A stretch of 64,000 bases of DNA, taken from NCBI RefSeq assembly GCF_009914755.1, contig NC_060937.1; one strand, written 5' to 3'. The position numbers were made by a program, and so were the translations under genes. Below the pieces are notes generated by a model. It was not told where the DNA came from, ran no database searches, and saw only the letters and a program-made list of their open reading frames with translations. Shown here piece after piece: positions 41,095 to 52,091 of this stretch (positions are counted from its first letter, which is position 1; the number at the start of each line of letters is the position of its first letter). The DNA comes from the human T2T-CHM13v2.0 reference genome, Homo sapiens.

Positions 41095-41133
41095 TAGAGT
41101 AGAGTAGAGTAGAGTAGAGTAGATAGAGTAGAC
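41095..41133. repeat. (TAGAG)n pentanucleotide repeat
   Basis: Seen directly. Confidence 0.85.
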
Positions 41134-41244
41134 TCTCCTTCCGTGCTATCCAGCAGCTGTCATGATAAGGCCGAAAGCTGTCATGATAAGACCAAAATCT
41201 AAAGAAGCAATCTCCAATTAATGATCTCATGCTAAAAATCAGAA

Positions 41245-41375
41245 GTTAGCATCAGTCAAGGAAGGGGTTTCCCTAGAAATTTCAGAGACATCATGACCCT
41301 ACAGACACCTTGATTTCAGATATCTGGTCTCCAGAACTGCGAAAACATAATTTTCTGTTATGTGAAGCCACTATT
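41245..41375 (+). mobile_element. MLT1 LTR 3' fragment
   Basis: gacaccttgatttcagatatctggtctccagaactgcgaaaacataattttctgtt..tgaagccac. Confidence 0.8.
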
Positions 41376-41377
41376 TT

Positions 41378-41745
41378 AAGGTGTCTAAGGGGTTGGTTTT
41401 TTCTGAAAGCAGTGAGGAAGAATCTGCTCCAGGCCTTTTCCCTAGCTTCTTTGGTGGCTCGCTGAGCATCTCTGGCATTTTTTGGGTTGCAGAGGCTCCA
41501 TCCCAGTCTCTACCTTTATGTTTGTATGGCATTCTCCTTGTGTTTGTGTGTCTTTCTCGTTCTCCAAATTTCCCCTTATTAAATAAGAATACCAGTCATA
41601 TTGGATTATGGCCCACCCCAATGACCTCATTTTGACTGAGTTACTTCTGTAAAAATTCTACTCCAAATAAGGCCACATTCTCATGTATTGGGGTTAGAAT
41701 TTCAACCTTTCTTTCCTGGAGGACACAGTTCAATTTGTACTCAAG
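41378..41745 (-). mobile_element. MLT1 (C-like) LTR fragment
   Basis: aaggtgtc...gaatctgctccaggcc...accagtcatattggatta.ggcccacccc.atgacctcat...ggacacagttcaa. Confidence 0.85.
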
Positions 41746-43279
41746 CCCTGTAGGTTGCCTCAAGTGTTTCCAAGTTACTCCCAGACTTTCATGAATAGGT
41801 TCTAAGAATCTAGGAGACCCTTCACCCTTTAACCTTGGGGATGACATCCCAGGAAGTAAACCTGGAACCATCCCCTGCTCTGTCTCTAATCAGAGGATTC
41901 ACAGTCACCTGACTCTCACAGTTGGTCATATGAAGCCTTCCCTGACAACACTACTATGTTTGCCCCAGATGAAGTGTCAGTGCAAGGTTTTTCAGATCAC
42001 CAAAGAGGGAAGAGCTGGGACTTCACAGCTCACATAACAGGTTGTTTGTGCAATTTATTTGCTCTCAAATTCGCAAGTATGACAGAATTTTGCTGAGATC
42101 AATTATCGTCATAACTAGGATGACAATATAATCAAATATGCTCTACACAGTCATGGTTTATTCCTGCTCTCTAGGTGTAATTATGAATAGGTCTCCACTT
42201 CAGTCTCAAACAGGACCTGGTTTGGTAGCAAGGTTGGGAAGAAGTGTCTCACCCCATTTATTTCTAAACCATTCACAGAAGATGATACTTGTGCATCATC
42301 AAATTGTCTTAGGTAAGGTCATGGCAAGGTACCACATGGGTTCTGGTGGACAGAACCCCAAAACAAGTCATATTGGAGCTGAAGGTGAACAATCTCACAT
42401 CCACATTTGCTATGGAGAGAAAGGATTTGTCTGTAAGTCTTGAAAGAAGACTCATGCTTGAGCTATGAGTGGCTGGATTTACAATGCTGCCTTGGAGGTC
42501 AGAGGTTCTTCTCCAAGTTTCTGAATTCAGCAAGTTCAAACTTCACCTATGGGTTCCTTGTCACGACAGACAGTGGCCAATATCACATGTTAAAGATTCA
42601 AGCCAGATCCAGTATAATGGATCTGTTGAATCATCAACATTGGATGATTCTTGTTCCCATATTTGGGATGCTCCTTTATGTTCATTATGGTAGTTTAAAA
42701 GAACATAATTATTTAAACAATCCTAAATAGATGATGTACAGCCATGTAGAATCAAAATGGAAAGACTCAGTTATCTTTCGCCTCCTTTCAGGTTGCACAG
42801 AACAAATATCAGTGTAATCCAGCGTAGACTCACTGACTTATGAGACAAGGAAGGTGAAAATATTCCTGCCTACATTGCTCCTCAAGATTAATTTTCACTA
42901 AGTTTGTACTAAATTAATTATAATAAAAAGTTAAATTGTTTTTAATACCCCATGGAACCCATGACTATTCCATTTCTTTTCTGGCTACTGAAATTCCAAC
43001 ATCATTTAGTTTACTGATTGACAAGCAGTGGGCATCAAACATTTGCTGTATTGAATTTAAGCCTGAGTTTCTGTTGATTAATGTTTAGGTTAAAATCTTA
43101 GCATCAATTAGCCTATTAACTAATTAACATCTAGTATGGATTGGACATTGGGCTAATATAGATTTCCATCGGCAAAATTACCTACTATTATGCAGGTTAA
43201 AAACTACTTGATCTATTTCCAATGAACTGTCTCCTTATATTCATATATAGCCTTAGAAATGTCCAGAAGTCTAATATAA

Positions 43280-43860
43280 TAGATATCTACTTCTGCATAA
43301 CAAATTATCACAAACTTAGCACTCAAAACAACACAAATTTATTTTCTCACAGTTTCCATGGGTCTGAAGTATGGATCAGGATAGTTAGATTCCTTCTCAA
43401 CTTCTCATCAGGGTGAGAATCAGGGTGTTGGGTTAGCCTGTGCTCCTATCAGTGGCTTGGAGTCCTCCCTGGTTGCTGGCAGGATCCAGTTTGTTGTGGT
43501 TGTATGACTGTAGTTCCCAGCTCCTGAAGGCTGCCTGCCATTCCCTACCATGTAGCCCTCTCCACACCAAGGCATTTGCTTCTTCAAACATAGGAGAATG
43601 TTTGCTGCTGCTTTGAGTCTCTCTAATACTTTCAAATTCTGATCTCTAGACTTTTGCAGATTAATCTCCCTTTCATTAGCTTAAATTTGACAATTAGAAA
43701 TCTTAATAACATTTGCAATCCCTTCCCCATTGCCAGATAATACACACTAATAATGAGAATATTTCACCATATTTATAGGACCTGCCCATGCTCAAAGGGA
43801 ACAGGTTGAACAAGGAATGTATATGAGTGGGGAAGAATCTTGGGTGCCATCTTAGAATAT
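43280..43860 (-). mobile_element. MLT1 (D/E/F-like) LTR
   Basis: ctgcataacaaattatcacaaacttag...aatttattttctcacagtttc...gccatcttagaat. Confidence 0.8.
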
Positions 43861-45997
43861 GAAGAACATCTCTTGTTCCGTTGAAAAAAGGCAAAACTGT
43901 TGTACTCATCTATAAAATGGACATAATAATACTTTAACTCATATGAGTGTTGTGCAGATTAAGTAACATAAAGCATGCATTTACCAAAGCACTCAGCAAC
44001 ATGATCATGCTCAGTGTAACTGATTAGAAAGGACACTGTTCAACCCACCAAGAAACCTAGTATTGCTTCATATTCCTGCTGGACCACAGTTTAACATATT
44101 TCACGGCCACAATTCCATCTTGCCTTTCACCCTTCTTCCCAGGACTGCCCAGGTGGACAAAAAATAAAAAGGTGCCATGGAACACTTGCAGTCACCAACT
44201 GTCATTTGAAACTATCATAGGTTAAATGTAGGCATTTAAAATTTGGCAGGAGGTAAGATGGAAAGGAGCACCAGAAGTCATATTCCAAATATTTAACAAG
44301 TAGTAAACTACAAGGAAATTCCAATAAAAAGAGAGTCCAGACTGATATCTGGAGCTGGACCTAAAGATCACTTGTGGGGCCAGATACTCACTCCAGTTGC
44401 TTGTTAGTGGTGAGGTTCTATGATCCTAAGTAGGGGACTTAGTGGCTACAAGCAGCTGCTAGGTACCAAGAAGTATGGAGATATTTGGATATTTTTTCAG
44501 CTGGTGTGTAGCATGTGCACACTGGCTATTGGCCCTGTTTGTAGTTTAAGAATATTTACTTCTAAAAAGTGTTCCCAGGAGAAATAATGCGTTAAGCCCT
44601 TGTCAGGGAATGCTGGAGATTAAACCACCAGATCACAAGGGAAATGCTGTTTTATACAGATACATTGATACGGTCCAGGATTTTATGGTGAGGAAGGGAG
44701 AAAAGACATTCAGAGAATTAAAGGGGGTTTTTCCTGAGTCCAGCCAGCTCTCTCCTCCCCTGTGTCTTGTTCTATTTCCATGAATACCTCTAACATCTAT
44801 TACCTGCATTGGTTACATTGCTACAGAGCCCTGGTACCACTCTTGCATACACAAAGCCATCAAAAGCAGGCTTTATTAATTAGAGTGCTCGCCCAATGGA
44901 ACTGTTTGCTTCCATTCATAATTCATTGACATCCTTGCTAAATAAATATTGGGGTATTCATTCATCCCAAGCAATTATCTAAAAGAAGCTACATCTATCA
45001 CAAGGGTTCATAAACGGGGAGACTCGAGGATAAAAAATTCTAATTAAAAGAAGTCTACTTTTAATAGCAAATACCCCCATTGTCATTCATATGTGTTAAG
45101 TACTTACCAGTATTGGAAATGAGATGCCAGCTGAGACGATCCATTAAAATACAGCAGCAGGCCTCTCTCCTTGTGTGTTGCCCTGCGTGCATCAGGATCG
45201 GAGCAGAATAAACCCGGGGTCTGGCAAGAGTACCTGCGGAACTCAGACTTCTTTCCTATGTTCTAGCTGGACTCCAGGATCCCATGACCTGCTCACACCA
45301 CTTGGACACCCAGAGCCTTGACACCACATTTCTGATGTTTAAAGGAATCAGGGCCAGCACGTGTTTCAGGTATCAGTGAGGAGAGATGCTCTGCAGGAGA
45401 TCTCTGTCTCGCTTCCAGCTTTCAGAGCCTTGAAGGAAATCTCAGCACCGGCACATCCCTCTCACATCTTTCTGGTTTTGAACAGTGCATCATTAGGGCT
45501 TCCTCTAAGGCCCATGCCAGTCTCTAAGTTAAATACATTATGCATGGAAACAAGCAGTTTCTTGCCATGGTTACCTTCTTTACATGACTGCAGCAGGCTT
45601 CTAATGTGAGGTAGGTGCCGTTCTCCTTCCCTGTTGACTTGAAGCAGAGGCTTGGGCATTGTTTCAAATGAGTTCTTTCTTTTGTCAAAATTCTTTCCTT
45701 GATTTTATTCCTATAGTAAAATGTCCTCTGTATCATTATCCTCAAAAATATTATTGACATTTGTATTGGATTACATGCAAATATTTGCATCACAATGCCC
45801 TAGAAATTATTTAAAACAACTTAAATTCCTACTCAAATGTTGTCACCTCTGGCTTCACATTTATGCATTGATTGATACAACAGGCATAACTAAGTCCTGA
45901 TGTTTAAATAGAAACTACCTACAACCTCACATTTAACCAAACATTAATGGTGATGTGGAAATGACAAATCAAATGGCCGATTTTCGTAAAGACAGAA

Positions 45998-46260
45998 GCC
46001 AGGTGCCGTGGCTCTTACCTATAATAACAGTGCTTCGGGAGGTAGAGGTGGGAGGATCACTCAAGGCCAGGAGTTCAAGACCAACTTGGCCACATAGCAA
46101 GACTCTGTTTCTACAAAAAAGATTTAAAAAGTTAGCCAGGCATGGTGGTGCACCTGCAGTCCTAGCTACTTGGCAGACTGAGGCAGGAGGATCACTTGAG
46201 GCCAGGAGTGTGGGGTTGCCTGGTGGACAGAGCAAGACTCTGACTCTAAAAAATAAAAAG
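45998..46260 (+). mobile_element. AluJ-type SINE with a right-arm internal deletion
   Basis: Dimeric Alu in which ggttgc is joined directly to ctgg..gacagagcaagac, lacking the agtgag...cactccag segment. Confidence 0.9.
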
Positions 46261-47544
46261 TAGAATAAAATATCAATTCAGGATTTTATTTTTAAGTTTT
46301 CACAGAATCATATAAAACTAAAAGCATATCAGCTTATGTTTCTGAGACTTAATCCAAAATCTTTTCGGACTACTTTGAGCCAAAATCTTTGGGAGGCATG
46401 AGAAAATGACGACAACCTAAGAAGGTTGTGAAAACAAATATTAATAATAATGATTTTAAAAGGCAGAACCATTCTAATGAAATTGTGTAATAGATTTTCA
46501 AAATAGAGTATGACATGTAAATCCCAAGTGACTATCACTGCTAGTCTAGAATGGACTCCATATCTACAGGTGCCTTTGTTTCTGTTTCCTCATCTTGAAC
46601 AGTGAAATAACATTGTCTGCCAGCCATCTGTTCCAAAGATTAATAAAAAAATTTCTTTCTTGGCATTTGGAATTTCTTGCATAAGACTCAATCTAGGAGT
46701 TAAGCACTTTTACATATTTTATTTGTTTAAAAGAATGTAGAATGCAAACATTACTTCTTGGAATTTCTTAAATAGTTTCATCTCTCAGTGCATGGTTGGT
46801 CACAATTAATATTAGTTTAGAAATGATTAGTGAATGTATTGCTTTGTGTAGAGCGTCAGTGTTGCACTTCTAGATGACAAAACTGCAATTCTGTGTTGTA
46901 AACATGAAGTATTAATACAATTACTTTATCCTGAGAGCAGCTGTCTTATTCTCAGAAAACTCTTTCTACAGATAATAGCAAATCAAGCCCATGTAAAGGT
47001 CTCTGTGAGTTATCAGAATTTCAAATAGCATCTTCCAAAGAAAGAAATAAAATATTCATATTATGGATATGTTTTCAGAAATATATATTTTTGAGAAAAC
47101 GTGTCTTTTTGATTTCAAAAGATAGTTTCCTACTTTGTCACGAGCCATTGCAAAGTGTCAGTTGTGTGCATAGCATGATTCAAAGTAATTTAAGCAAAAT
47201 GAAACAATTATAATGATAGCATTTTGAACTTTTTATAACATTTATTCTGAAGACTACCTACAAAGTCATATGTAATCTTATTTTGTTGTAAAATCTTTGA
47301 ACGGATGTGGTATTCTGAAAGACAGAAGTACAAAGAAATACTTAAGTAATTCAAAAGTTAGCAATGAGTTGAAGGTAGATTCACACTTCCCATATCCTAT
47401 GAAACTATTTTCCATCAATAATTGTCTATAAATTTTTTTAAAAGTGACTCATTTCTACGAGGCTGCCTTGTTTAATTCTCATCTTTATTACTTTCATACT
47501 TTCTTTGCCTTCTATAAACATTCATTTTATTAATTTGTTCACCT

Positions 47545-47680
47545 GCCCATTTATTCATTAAACAAACATTTATTAAGTACCTGCTGCATGTCATACATTG
47601 AATGAGGTTCTGGGAATATAGCACTAAATCAAAGAGAAGTCCTGCAATCATTGATGTGGTATTCCAGTGGGTGTATTTAT
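47545..47680 (-). mobile_element. L2 3' end relic
   Basis: catttattcattaaacaaacatttattaagtacctgctgcatgtca. Confidence 0.75.
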
Positions 47681-47930
47681 GGAAAACTCTCTCTCTCAAT
47701 CTCTCTTCTCTTCTTTGTCTTTTTTTTCTCTTTCTTCATTTCTTTCTACATACACACATGCACACATGCACACACAGATGGATCATATGTATATATATAT
47801 GTGTGTGTATTTGATATATAGTTATAGTATATTCGATATTAACTACTTTTTTAAAAAAAAGCAAGACAGGGGAAAGGAATGGCTAGAGGTAAAAGTAATG
47901 AATAATATTATAACTTTAGAATAGGGTATT

Positions 47931-48012
47931 CTACTAAAGAACTTATTCACGTAACCAAACACCACCTGTTCTCCAAAACCCTATTAAAATGAAAAATAAA
48001 TTTAAAAAATAA
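47931..48012 (+). mobile_element. Extremely 5'-truncated L1PB-like 3' end
   Basis: ctaaagaacttattcacgtaaccaaacaccacctgttc plus A-rich tail, flanked by aatagggtatt/aataggttatt. Confidence 0.8.
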
Positions 48013-48164
48013 AATAGGTTATTCATGGGGGAAGTGACTAAGACAGTGTAGCCAGGCACTGGCCTGGGTACAGGGATGAGGATGAGAAGCTAGGCAGCTC
48101 TTCATTGTGCAGGAGGTCACGGTGCAGTGAGGAAGCAGTGTAGTAGAGGATTCTAACAGATGCC

Positions 48165-48599
48165 TGTGACAGGCACCATGGATTTGCTCTCCAAAAGCCA
48201 TTTCAACCCTTTTCCCTTCCCTCTTCCTTACTGTAATGACTAGAAAGGAAAAATCCTTAATATTCCGGCTTTCCTCGTGGCTTGAGGTAGTCATATGGCC
48301 CAGTTCTGGCCAGCAGGATTCAAGCAGAGGTTTTCAGAGCAGCATTCCCTTTCCAGGTAAGAAGGCACATCTTACTGGAGAATGTCCACACCTTTCCCCT
48401 CCTGTCCCCTGGAAAGTCAACCTGAGATCCTGAATGTAGAAAACTGAGGCACTCAAAGAGAAAAGGAGCTGGGCCATTGATGACATTATTTGCAGTTGCC
48501 CAACCCCAGACTCTGTACCCCTGTTCATGGGAGAAAAATCTACTTCTATTTGTTTAGACCATTATTAATGAAACTTTCTACTCCTTGAAAGTAACAGCA
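48165..48599 (+). mobile_element. Old MLT1 LTR whose 3' end is interrupted by an L1
   Basis: catatggcccagttctggcca motif. The terminal ttctttactaata resumes at 49396 after the L1. Confidence 0.65.
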
Positions 48600-48607
48600 G
48601 GCTGCAT

Positions 48608-49387
48608 AAAGCTCATCATCACTGGTCATTAGAGAAATGCAAATCAAAACCACAATGAGAAACCATTTCACACCAGTTAGAATGGCGATTATTAAAAAGT
48701 CAGGAAACAACAGATGCTGGCGAGGCTGTGGAGAAATAGGAACACTTTTACACTGTTGGTGGGAGTGTAAATTAGTTCAACCATTGTGGAAGACAGTGTG
48801 GCAATTCCTCAAGGATCTAGAACCAGAAATACCATTTGACTCAGCAATCCCATTACTGGGTATATACCCAAAGGATTATAAAACATTCTACTATAAAGAC
48901 ACATGCACACATATGTTTACTGCAGCACTATTCACAACAGCAAAGACTTGAAACCAACCTAAATGCCCATCAATGACAGACTGTATAAAGAAAATGTGGC
49001 ACATATACACCATGGAATACCATGCAGCCATAAAAAAGGATGAGTTCATGTCCTTTGCAGGGACATGGATGAAGCTAGAAACCATCATTCTCAGCAAAGT
49101 AATACAGGAACAGAAAACCAAACACCGCATATTCTCACTCGTAAGTGGGGGTTGAACAATGAGAAAACATGGACACAGTGAGGGAAACAACACACACTGG
49201 GGCCTGTTGGGGGTTGGGGGGCTAGGGGAGGGAGAGCATCAGAGCAAATACCTAATGCAAGTGGGGCTTAAAACCTAGATGATGGCTTGATAGGTGCAGC
49301 AAACCACCATGGTACATGTATACCTATGTAACAAAACTGCACATTCTGCAAATGTATCAGACCTTAAAGTAACATTTAAAAAAATAA
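48608..49387 (+). mobile_element. 5'-truncated L1PA (approx. L1PA7/8)
   Basis: ORF2 C-terminal translation [51 protein letters not shown], 3'UTR G-rich tract and A-tail. taacagca at 48592-48599 and 49388-49395. Confidence 0.96.
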
Positions 49388-49699
49388 TAACAGCATTCTT
49401 TACTAATAAAAGGTAAGAACCTAATGCAAAGAAGTCCCAAGAAGGATTAGAGCAGCTTGACTTGGGGAATTTAAAAGGGAGTCTTCCCAGAGAAGGTGAA
49501 TGTGTGGCTGGATCCCCAAAATAGTGCAGAACCCTTCCAGGTGGGGAACTGAGGCTGAGGGTGGGGTGCAGGAAATGCCTCCATCCTGTGACTGACAGCC
49601 ACCGGGATAACTGATGGGAGAGCACGTTTAGAAAGAAGGTAAAATTTACTGAAGAGCCAGAGAGTTCTTGTGTATGTGGGCTATAACTATGAATATCTG

Positions 49700-50979
49700 T
49701 AATATTAGACTTCAAAATGGAGAAACTGTGAATATATTTATTATATCTCTTAGAAATAACAATAATAACACCATTACATATTAACATAAACCACATATAT
49801 GGATAAAAATTAGTTTTCCAACACACACAAAAAAGTGAGAAGCATGACATTGTTTTATATTTTGCAAATCTCCTTAAATGTCTGGCTTAATGGAAGACAG
49901 CTGGATTCTCGTATCTGCTTTTGCATTCAATTTATTGTGAAACATTGTTTTGGCTTAAGGAGAGGGAAAAAAATCTGGCCACACACAGATATCAGGTTTA
50001 CAAAGAGAGGAATATACTAGCCTTATCGGATAATTTACAGGTTCTTCTTTGATACTTCAGCAAAACCCAAAAAGTGGCTGTTTTTGAAAGGTCAAGTGAA
50101 ATGTGGAACATGAAGTCATATCCTGGAACTTTCCATTTACTGTTATATTAAAAGCCATTGGTCTAGCTGGCACTTTGGATATTTTACCTATGCATAACTT
50201 GTTAAATTTTGCAGTTGACACACATTCATGTATGATTTTTTTTTTAAACCACATTTGTCATTATCATCACTGATCTAATTAGGAAACTCTTTAAGTGCTG
50301 GAAGACTGTCAGGCTCACAGCAGCAAATATCATGTGTCCAAAATTCTAGTTTTTGCTTGAAACTCAACATTTGGCAATGCATACTGTCAATTGTTTTTCT
50401 TGCAATGACAGCCTCGCTTTACTCATTTTGAGAAAATGTCTGCCAAATGCCCAATTCTGGATAACCATACACTGTCTGTTAGTTGTCCTTTCAAGTAAAA
50501 ATATTGTCCCATAGGAAAAAAACCTACTAGCTCAGCTTGCAGCTCCAACATATCATCAGTACCTTTCATTCAGACCATTATCTTACTTTGGTTGGCAACG
50601 ATAGCACTTCATGAATATTTCTCATTTTATCGCATAGAATAATAGAAAGTACACACGCAAAAGTCAAGTTTCAATAACATCAATTTTTTTTCTGTGTAAT
50701 CAAGGACTTACTTAAGTGAAACTAGCATTTCAAAAAAATTGCATGCCAGTGCTAGTAAAAAAATACATTGACTACTAATATAGTTTGGAGCCACTGTCTT
50801 GATCCATGTTAAGGCATCAGCAGTGCCATTCACCCTTACTTTTATACCCAGAGGGAACATGCTATTTGCCATATCAAAGGCAAATAACATCTTAGTATTA
50901 TTATAAAAGTACTTGAACCTCATCGTGAAAAGATCTCAGAGATCCCTAGGGGCCTGCAGCCAGAAGTTGAGAACTGCTG
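49700..50979 (-). mobile_element. Charlie1-type hAT DNA transposon (internally deleted)
   Basis: Right end ...aaaggcaaataacatcttagtattattat...ttgagaactgctg is the reverse complement of the Charlie1 terminus. Contains tgtctggcttaatggaagacagctggattctc. Confidence 0.85.
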
Positions 50980-50987
50980 CAATAGAG

Positions 50988-51168
50988 CTGTGGTTCTCAA
51001 ACTTCAGTGTGCGTCAAAATCACCCACCCATTAAAATGCAGATTGCTGGATCCGCCGCAAGGGTTTCTGCCTCAGCAGTTCTGAGGTGGAGACCAAGCAC
51101 GTGCCATCTAACAGTTCCCAGGTGATGCCTGATGCCGTTGGTCGGAAGACCATAATTTAAGAGCCACT
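50988..51168. mobile_element. MER5A hAT MITE
   Basis: gtggttctcaaactt...ttaaaatgcagattgctgg...ctaacagttcccaggtgatg...ttaagagccact. Confidence 0.88.
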
Positions 51169-51473
51169 TCCACAGAAGGTAAATTTAGTTATTTAATATA
51201 CAAGCTACCTCTTATTTGTAAGTTACAATCTATATTTGCACAATTGTAAGCATGACCTATATCTTGCTACCATTTAGAATTGCATTTTGCACAAACTTGG
51301 CAGTAAGTCAATAATTTGGTAATCAAATAACTGGAGTGGTATTATTGCCACAGACTGATAACTTGACAGAAAATAGGATATTATAAATACACTGTGAACA
51401 TCTTATTTTCTTTCAAGTTATCGGTCTGTGGCTGATAAAGTTATCAGTCTGTGCTGGTTATCAAGTTATCAGT

Positions 51474-52091
51474 CTGTGCTGGTTGATTTTACATATCAAA
51501 ATCACGGGATGCCCAGATATTGGGTTAAACTTTATTTCTGGGTGTACCTGTGAAGATGCTTCTGGATGGGATTAATCCGGATAAATCAGTTGGGGGCAGT
51601 TTAACTTACATCATTGCCTCTATGGTCCTCCAGCTTGCAGATCTTGGACTTCTCAGCCTTCATAATTGTGTGGGTCAATTTTATATATATATACTTACAG
51701 TCGCCCTTGGTACTCTCAGGGGATTGGTTCTAGGACCTCCCATGGATACAACAACCTGTGGATGTTCAAGTCCCTTATGTAAAATGGTGTAGTATCTGCA
51801 TAGGACCTACAACATCTTCCCAAATACTTTAAATCATCTCTAGATTACTTATAACACCTAACATGATATAAATGTTTTGTAAATAGTTGCTATGCTATAT
51901 TGTTTAGGGAATAATGACGAGGAAAAAAGTCTGTACATGTTTAGTACAGACGCAACAAATCATCTTTTTTTTTCTGAATATTTTCAATCTGCAGTTGGTG
52001 TAATCCATGTGTAGAACCCAGGGGTACAAAAGGCTGACTTTATATTCATATCCTATTGGTTCCACTTCTTTGGAGAACCCGGAATAATACA
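51474..52091 (+). mobile_element. MLT2 (ERVL) LTR interrupted by MER2
   Basis: tgtgctggttgatttt...gggatgcccagatattgg...ggacttctcagccttcataattgtgtg...cctattggttc..tttggagaaccc..aataataca. Confidence 0.85.
51698..52040 (+). mobile_element. MER2 (Tigger-family MITE)
   Basis: cagtcgcccttggta...ggggattggttctaggacc...caagtcccttatgtaaaatgg, flanked by TA on both sides. Confidence 0.9.

Noticed and set aside
48637-49155. ORFs with a convincing protein-like sequence
   Set aside because: L1 ORF2 C-terminal fragments of a 5'-truncated copy with an internal stop. The same applies to 14340..14582 and 62991..63200.
49275-49850. Longest ORF (191 aa, minus strand)
   Set aside because: It crosses a Charlie element, unique DNA and antisense L1 3'UTR, and has no recognisable domain, so it is a chance ORF.
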